From the NCBI GenBank assembly GCA_965226795.1, contig CBDDDZ010000005.1, positions 2,752,001-2,816,000 on the forward strand: DNA of 64,000 nt, read 5' to 3'. Source of the stretch: Candidatus Latescibacterota bacterium (lineage in GTDB: Bacteria > Latescibacterota > UBA2968 > GCA-2709665). Below the pieces are notes generated by a model. The model was not told the DNA's origin, searched no databases, and saw only the letters and a program-made list of their open reading frames with translations. Within the stretch, counting starts at the first letter, position 1, and each line of letters starts with the position of its first letter. Positions 58,218 through 64,000 of the stretch are shown in pieces. The translations under genes were made by a program, and so were the position numbers.

Positions 58218-59378
58218 ATGCGGATCGAGGGCGTAAGAACCGTTCTGGTTCATCCGGGCAGCGCGAAAAACTGGCTTTTTGTCAAACTGGAAACCGACGC
58301 GGGCATCCACGGATGGGGCGAGGCCTATACCCAGCACGACAGGGACCGGAGCATTCAGGTTCACGTGGAAGAACTGGGGCGCTACCTGATCGGACGGTCT
58401 CCGTTCGACATCAAGCATTTCACGTACGTGGCCTATACGGACTTCGCGAGCAAACGGGGCGCGATGGATCTCTACGCCGCCATCAGCGCCATTGAACAGG
58501 CCATGTGGGATGTTGTGGGCAAATCCCTGAACCAGCCCGTCTACAACCTGCTCGGCGGCGCCTGCAGGACAAGGATCAAGGTCTACGCCAATGGCTGGGG
58601 AAGCTGGTACGATCCCGGCAAGGGTACGGAGCAACTCGCCGAGCGGGCCGCTTCAGTGGTTGCGCGTGGGTTCACCGCGCTCAAGTTCGACCCCTTTCCG
58701 GGCCCCTGGCGCAGCATTATTGACAAGAAGGACGAGCAAACCGCCGTGGACCGGGTCCGGGCCGTACGCGAGGCCGTGGGCCCGGACGTGGATATCCTGG
58801 TCGAAGTGCACCGCAGGCTCTCGCCCGCACACGCAATCCGGGTCGCGCGCCTTATGGAACCCTTCGATCCATTCTGGTACGAGGAACCCGTTTCCTCCCG
58901 CGACCCTGGTGGTCTGGCAGAAGCCAAACGGAACATCCGCATCCCGGTTGTCACCGGCGAGGAACTCTACACAAAGACCGAATTCCGCGACGTCTTCGAG
59001 CAACGCGCGGCCGACATCATCAACCCGGACGTCTGTAACTGCGGCGGCATTCTGGAACTCCGTGAAATCGCGGCCATGGCCGAACCCTGGCACATCGCGG
59101 TCTCGCCTCACAACTACAACAGCACCACGGTGGGGCTGGCCGCCACAATGCAGGCCGCAGCCGGAATGCCCAACTTTCTGATTACCGAATACTTCGTGAA
59201 TTTTGAACCCGCGGGAAATGAAATCGCCGTCGATCCGTTCGTCGTCAAAGACGGTTACATCACGCTTCCCACCTCCCCCGGCCTGGGCATCGACCTGAAC
59301 GAGGACGCGCTCGCCGAACATCCTTTCCGGCGGTTCCCCAACCGCAACCTACGGCATCCGAGAGACGAAGGGCCGTAG
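58218..59378 (+). CDS. Mandelate racemase/enolase-superfamily dehydratase (galactonate dehydratase-like)
   Basis: FVKLETD.G..GWGE, VYANGW, KFDPF, EVH, YEEP, TGE, NPD, PHN. True start is ATG 58218, not 57177. Confidence 0.88.
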   Translation: MRIEGVRTVLVHPGSAKNWLFVKLETDAGIHGWGEAYTQHDRDRSIQVHVEELGRYLIGRSPFDIKHFTYVAYTDFASKRGAMDLYAAISAIEQAMWDVVGKSLNQPVYNLLGGACRTRIKVYANGWGSWYDPGKGTEQLAERAASVVARGFTALKFDPFPGPWRSIIDKKDEQTAVDRVRAVREAVGPDVDILVEVHRRLSPAHAIRVARLMEPFDPFWYEEPVSSRDPGGLAEAKRNIRIPVVTGEELYTKTEFRDVFEQRAADIINPDVCNCGGILELREIAAMAEPWHIAVSPHNYNSTTVGLAATMQAAAGMPNFLITEYFVNFEPAGNEIAVDPFVVKDGYITLPTSPGLGIDLNEDALAEHPFRRFPNRNLRHPRDEGP

Positions 59379-59441
59379 TCTTTGCAGGACGCGATAGGAT
59401 AGTCTCACCCAGTTCATTTATTCACGTGACGGAGGTAACAA

Positions 59442-60548
59442 ATGACTCATGACGATGTACGACAGAGACTTGAGGCGCTGGAAGTTAAGTTACGCTGGCA
59501 GAAGCGGGCGATTGCAGGGATGCTCGTTGTATTCCTCTTCAGTGCGTCGCCCGCTTTGACCCAGGCATCAAAGTGGTTTAACCGGATGCTTCCGGCAAAG
59601 GTGGCATCGCTCAGCCTACGTCACGGCACGACGCCGGGCGACGTGCGGTTTGGCGATCTTTCGCCAGACCGGGCCGACCTCCCGTTACCAGAGACCGGGT
59701 TCGGTGGACTGAGCAAGATCGCTCCGGAGCAAATCATCGATGCGGGTGACACGTTGCGGGTCGGCGCACTTCACATTGTAAATGCAAGCGGGGCGGTCGT
59801 CGCAGCCATCGGGTCGAGTGAGTCTGGAGCAGGTTCGCTGTTGGTTTCAAACAGAAATGGGAATGTGGTTTCCGTTGTGGGCGTAGATCAGAGGGGGCAC
59901 GGCAGGATGGGGGTCCTCAATACGGCCGGTCGGCTCGCGGCCGGCATGGGCGCCGATCCGTCGGACGACGCCAACGGCTGGGTCGAGATACAAAGCAACT
60001 CAGGATCGGCTGCCGGATTCGGCGTCAATGAGGGCGGAAATGCGGTGATTGCGGCCTTCAACAGGGATGGCAAGCTGGTTTCAGGGATGGGTATCAACAA
60101 CAATGGTCACGGCGCTCTCACGATCGCGAATGCGGCCGGGGGGGCCGTTAATGCGCTCTCCGTCGACGGTGCCGGAGACGGCGTGATGATTATGGGCAAC
60201 CGGAACGGCGATGCGGTTTCAATAATGGGCGCGAATGAGAACGGACACGGTATCATCGGGTTCAAGAATGCGTCCGAGCGGGTTGTGGTCGGCATGGGGG
60301 CCGACTCGACGGGCGTTGGGGTGCTGAGTATTGAAGGGGGCAGGTTCAGGGCCTTTGTCGACGGTAACGGCAGCGGAGTGGCGGAAACCCTGGGGAACGA
60401 TGGAAATCAGCGCTGGTCCTCTGAAGCGGCCCCCGTTGGGGACACCGGCACGTCGACCGGGCTGATCGGGGATTTCGACGGGGACGGCGACGTGGATTTC
60501 AACGACTTCGTCACATTCGCCGGGAACTTTGGCAAGACGAGCGGGTAG
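59442..60548 (+). CDS. Membrane-anchored beta-repeat protein with a dockerin/EF-hand-like tail
   Basis: N-terminal coiled coil plus hydrophobic segment; about 10 repeats of ~23 aa; terminal GDFDGDGDVDFNDFVTFAGNFGK; GGAGG RBS. Confidence 0.8.
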   Translation: MTHDDVRQRLEALEVKLRWQKRAIAGMLVVFLFSASPALTQASKWFNRMLPAKVASLSLRHGTTPGDVRFGDLSPDRADLPLPETGFGGLSKIAPEQIIDAGDTLRVGALHIVNASGAVVAAIGSSESGAGSLLVSNRNGNVVSVVGVDQRGHGRMGVLNTAGRLAAGMGADPSDDANGWVEIQSNSGSAAGFGVNEGGNAVIAAFNRDGKLVSGMGINNNGHGALTIANAAGGAVNALSVDGAGDGVMIMGNRNGDAVSIMGANENGHGIIGFKNASERVVVGMGADSTGVGVLSIEGGRFRAFVDGNGSGVAETLGNDGNQRWSSEAAPVGDTGTSTGLIGDFDGDGDVDFNDFVTFAGNFGKTSG

Positions 60549-60796
60549 GGACCGCGCATTTCGACAAGCCGCCCCGGATGGCGACCCCTCCCCGGTGCGG
60601 GTAGGGGAGGTATGATCCCGTCCGTCGGCAGGCACGCTCAGAAAAAGGCCAACTAAAGAGACTTGTGTGAGATGGTGGCGGTTAGCCGCCTTGACCCCTC
60701 GCATGAAGAACTATATCTCAGCAATCCGAAGTCCTCACCGCCGCAAACGCCCGTTTCCTGCCGCGCTTTGCGGCCTATCAATTTGGGAGAAAGGCA

Positions 60797-61933
60797 ATGA
60801 ATCCACTTGAAGAACGATTGAATCGATTGGAGACGCGTGTAACGCGCTATCGCAATTTCAACGTCTTATTGTGTCTGCTCCTCGTAACCGTTGTCACGGT
60901 TGCCGCAAGAGAGGGCGTATCTCCATTTCAGGCGAAGTCAAACCCTGAATCGATCCCGATGCCTGAAGGCGACGTGCGAATTCCTGATTTACCGGACCGT
61001 GGCATAGATGCTGTAATGCATCCGCAGGTACGGAGCGCGGGGAAAATGGCTGCGCAGACGCAGGGTGTGATTCGCGCGACAGGACTAGAGATCGTAAACA
61101 GCGATGGACAAGCGGTTGTTGAACTGGGACCCAGCACCGCGGGTGGTGGGCTTATCTTCGTCAATTCAGCGGAAGACAAGAACCTGGTTTATATTGGATC
61201 GTCAGTGTCGAACGGCAATGGATTAATTCACGTCAACTCGACAAATGAAAAGAACCTGGTTGCTTTGGGTTCAGATTCCGAAACAGGAGACGGGCAGATT
61301 GCCATTAGAAATAGAAACGAAGAGCGTTTGATCAGTTTGAACACTTCCGAGAAAAATGGGTGGATAAGAGTCGAGAAAAACGGTAATGAGAATTTGGCGT
61401 ATCTGGGCGCAAACACTTCGGGTAATGGGGGTTTGTGGCTATATAATGAATCGGGAAAACGCCTGGTGGCAATGGAAACGGGCGAGATTTCTGGCCGTCT
61501 GTGGTTGTCAAATAGCAGCGACAAGACCATTGCCTATCTGGGGACGGACGTTGGCGGTGAGGGGTTATTGAAAATCAACTCCAAGACAGGAACGGAGCTA
61601 ATTACAGCGGGTTCAAATACATCAGATGACGGATTAATCAGGGTAAGCAATCGTTATGGCACCGTCGGCGTTGTATTCATTGCCGAAAACGAACAGGGAT
61701 ATGTCGGGATACAGAATGCCCAGGAGAGGCTGCTTGCAGACCTGACAGCGACGGCGGGCGGCGACGGGCTTGTTCGCACGTTGTCCAGGCAGGGTATCAC
61801 GACCTGGTCAAGCACATCTGTTCAGGGCAACACGGGGTCGACGTCGTCTTTAAGGGGTGATATGGACAATGATGGCGATATTGATGGGGATGATTTCCTT
61901 ATCTTCTCTGAAAATTTCGGCAAGAAACGGTGA
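60797..61933 (+). CDS. Paralogous membrane-anchored beta-repeat protein with a dockerin/EF-hand-like tail
   Basis: Same layout as the upstream gene; about 11 repeats; terminal GDMDNDGDIDGDDFLIFSENFGK. Confidence 0.8.
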   Translation: MNPLEERLNRLETRVTRYRNFNVLLCLLLVTVVTVAAREGVSPFQAKSNPESIPMPEGDVRIPDLPDRGIDAVMHPQVRSAGKMAAQTQGVIRATGLEIVNSDGQAVVELGPSTAGGGLIFVNSAEDKNLVYIGSSVSNGNGLIHVNSTNEKNLVALGSDSETGDGQIAIRNRNEERLISLNTSEKNGWIRVEKNGNENLAYLGANTSGNGGLWLYNESGKRLVAMETGEISGRLWLSNSSDKTIAYLGTDVGGEGLLKINSKTGTELITAGSNTSDDGLIRVSNRYGTVGVVFIAENEQGYVGIQNAQERLLADLTATAGGDGLVRTLSRQGITTWSSTSVQGNTGSTSSLRGDMDNDGDIDGDDFLIFSENFGKKR

Positions 61934-62107
61934 TCGATGTTTACCTTTCTGAAATTCTGGACAAGGGGATTGGCCTCGATTCGTCAGAAATCCGTAGCCT
62001 GCCTGCAGCGCAGGAAGAGCCAGCTTTACCGGATGTCTCGGCGGATCGGCGACGCCTCTTTAACCCAACTGCGACTGAACCCTGGAACGTTGGCATTCCG
62101 CTCACCT

Positions 62108-64000
62108 GTGCGGGCAAGATGCCCGCGCACCCGGGCTCAAAAGACAACACGCCATACCGTATCGACGCCCGGCGTCTTTGACAAATTTAGGTTGGTTTTC
62201 CTTGTGCTCGTCCCGCTCTGTCACAGTGGCATGGCTCTTGGATCGCCGCCGATTGACTACGTCAAGGAACGGCACCCTCCGAATCTGGAAGGCGTCCTGG
62301 CGCGTATTCAAAAGAACTGGGTAGCGCAAAAACGGGCGCTGGCCAAGGCGACAGTGAGCCAATATGGCGCGGCGGTAATAGATGGTGAAAATATCACTGT
62401 CGTATTGGAGCCGCCTTATGGGAAGCTTTCGGACAGTATCGACTTTGGGGCTTTGTCAAAGTTGAGCGTCAAGATCGTCGCTCAATCGCGGCATCTGGTC
62501 GAGGTTTCTGCGCCGATATCCGAGCTTGAAAGGTTGACACACGTGGATGGCGTGCAATTTGTGCGGTTGCCCATAAAGCCCAAATTACATGCCGTCGTCA
62601 GCGAGGGCGTGGATCGTATAAGAGCGCAAGTTTATTCAAATGAGGGATTTACGGGACGGGGCATCAAGGTCGGGGTTATTGATATCGGATTTGTCGGGGT
62701 TCCAACACTGCAGGATCGGAGGGAATTGCCCGATCTTTCTTATCGGGATTTCACCAGACAAGGGATTTTTGAACAAGGTGGTCTTTCTGAAACCGCTAAG
62801 GTGCATGGGACGGCCTGTGCTGAAATTGTCCACGACGTCGCCCCGGATGCTGAAATTTACCTTTACAAGGTAAACGGTCTTGTCAGTTGGGAAAACGCCA
62901 AGGACGCGGCAATTGAGGAGGGCCTCGACATTGTCACGGTATCTCTGGGATGGAGTCCCGGAACCGGTTTTGGCAATGGAAAAGGGCTTGCGTGTGGAAT
63001 TGTGGATGATGCATTCAAGAATAACGTATTGTGGGTGAATGCAGCTGGAAATGAAGCCCAAAAAGTCATTCAAGCAGAGTTTCAGGATTCAGATAACGAC
63101 GGATTCCATGATTTCAGTTTAGACATTGAAGTCGTCAACTTGAAAGGCGTCGGGAAAAATAATGAAGTCGAAGCCTGGTTGACATGGAATGAATGGCCCC
63201 TTACGTCAAACGACTACGACCTTCTGCTCGTAAAAATCGATACAGATGGCAGTGTTACTGAAGTTGAGCGTGCAGACACCAAACAACTTCAGTCACCTCC
63301 CAAAGAGCATCTCGTGTATACCGTTCGAGAAGTAGGAAACTATGGTCTTGTAATCTGGAGGGCGCCGGACGCCGAAGTTACCGTCTTCAAATTGACAAGT
63401 GAAAACCACGATCTCTATGGTCCTGTGTCCATTAAAGGGAGAGGATCATTAAGTGTACCGGCGGACGCACGCGGCGCCCTGACCGTTGGAGCATTACATC
63501 ATTGGGAATGGACGTCAGGTCCCATCGCGGACTATAGTTCGCAGGGTCCTACAATTGATGGCCGAATCAAGCCGGACCTGGTTGCCCCCGCTGGCGTTCG
63601 AACCATAAGCTATGGTTCTGAATACCGTGGAACTTCCGCGGCGACGCCGCACGTTGCAGGGGCGGCGGCACTCCTGAAATCCTCCGATCCGGTGCATTAT
63701 AACGCGCGAAATTTATATAGCGCGCTGGTGCAATCTACGGTCGATATGGGTGCTTCCGGACCGGATAACGTGTATGGATTTGGAAGATTGGATTTATCTT
63801 TACTTCCCTTCGGCAAACCCTCCATGGATCTTTCGCGTACGGTTCTCGATTTTGGTGCGGTCCTATTGGGGTCATCTAAGACACTTAACCTTGGGATTGT
63901 CAATCCGGGGCGGGCGACATTGGTTATCACAGATATTCTGTTGCCTACCAGCGAATATGACTTTTCTCAATCCTCCTACGCCGTTGCACCGGGTCGCAGC
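62108..64000 (+). CDS. Secreted S8 peptidase with Ig-like C-terminal domain(s) (3' partial; absent from the ORF track)
   Basis: Manual translation: hydrophobic LVFLVLVPL, then KVGVIDIGF, VHGTACAEIVHDVAP, NAAGN, KPDLVAP, GTSAATPHVAG, then LDFGAVLLGSSKTLNLGIVNPG. Start uncertain (GTG 62108 or TTG 62192). Confidence 0.85.
   Translation, partial: MRARCPRTRAQKTTRHTVSTPGVFDKFRLVFLVLVPLCHSGMALGSPPIDYVKERHPPNLEGVLARIQKNWVAQKRALAKATVSQYGAAVIDGENITVVLEPPYGKLSDSIDFGALSKLSVKIVAQSRHLVEVSAPISELERLTHVDGVQFVRLPIKPKLHAVVSEGVDRIRAQVYSNEGFTGRGIKVGVIDIGFVGVPTLQDRRELPDLSYRDFTRQGIFEQGGLSETAKVHGTACAEIVHDVAPDAEIYLYKVNGLVSWENAKDAAIEEGLDIVTVSLGWSPGTGFGNGKGLACGIVDDAFKNNVLWVNAAGNEAQKVIQAEFQDSDNDGFHDFSLDIEVVNLKGVGKNNEVEAWLTWNEWPLTSNDYDLLLVKIDTDGSVTEVERADTKQLQSPPKEHLVYTVREVGNYGLVIWRAPDAEVTVFKLTSENHDLYGPVSIKGRGSLSVPADARGALTVGALHHWEWTSGPIADYSSQGPTIDGRIKPDLVAPAGVRTISYGSEYRGTSAATPHVAGAAALLKSSDPVHYNARNLYSALVQSTVDMGASGPDNVYGFGRLDLSLLPFGKPSMDLSRTVLDFGAVLLGSSKTLNLGIVNPGRATLVITDILLPTSEYDFSQSSYAVAPGRS

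Noticed and set aside
61930..62181. 83-aa ORF overlapping the stop of the second repeat protein
   Set aside because: No recognisable motif, and it overlaps the likely signal-peptide region of the S8 gene in another frame; not supportable.
1..64000. CRISPR arrays, cas, transposases, integrases, prophage or defence genes, rRNA/tRNA
   Set aside because: No regularly spaced DNA repeats or diagnostic motifs found by eye. The repeats at 59.7-61.8 kb exist only at the protein level.

Overview
GC-rich, gene-dense bacterial chromosomal window with about 56 CDSs. I found no rRNA, tRNA, CRISPR array, intact IS or integrase. The first 12 kb is a housekeeping block (yyaL-like, yicC-gmk-rpoZ-coaBC-udg-dnaB-kptA-dacZ-like). 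The rest is mostly accessory catabolic genes (Gfo/Idh/MocA, PhyH dioxygenases, enolase-superfamily, SDR, heparinase-like) plus prs, nagB, Re-citrate synthase, mqnB/mqnD and kbl. The gene mix and the C-terminal DFDxDGxVxFxDF..F...FG tails suggest a Latescibacterota/Gemmatimonadota-like organism (inference). The best leads are: (1) a putative surface system of two tandem membrane-anchored ~23-aa beta-repeat proteins followed by an S8 protease, with the repeat proteins sharing a dockerin/EF-hand-like tail with a second S8 protease 47 kb away; (2) tandem queF genes, one catalytically intact and one lacking the catalytic Cys/Asp; (3) a ~200-nt structured ncRNA candidate at ~11884-12083; (4) a compact three-way-junction leader ahead of a DUF5069 + dehydrogenase operon; (5) a TrpD-fold protein resembling the plant type. 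All family assignments come from motif recognition by eye; no database searches were run.
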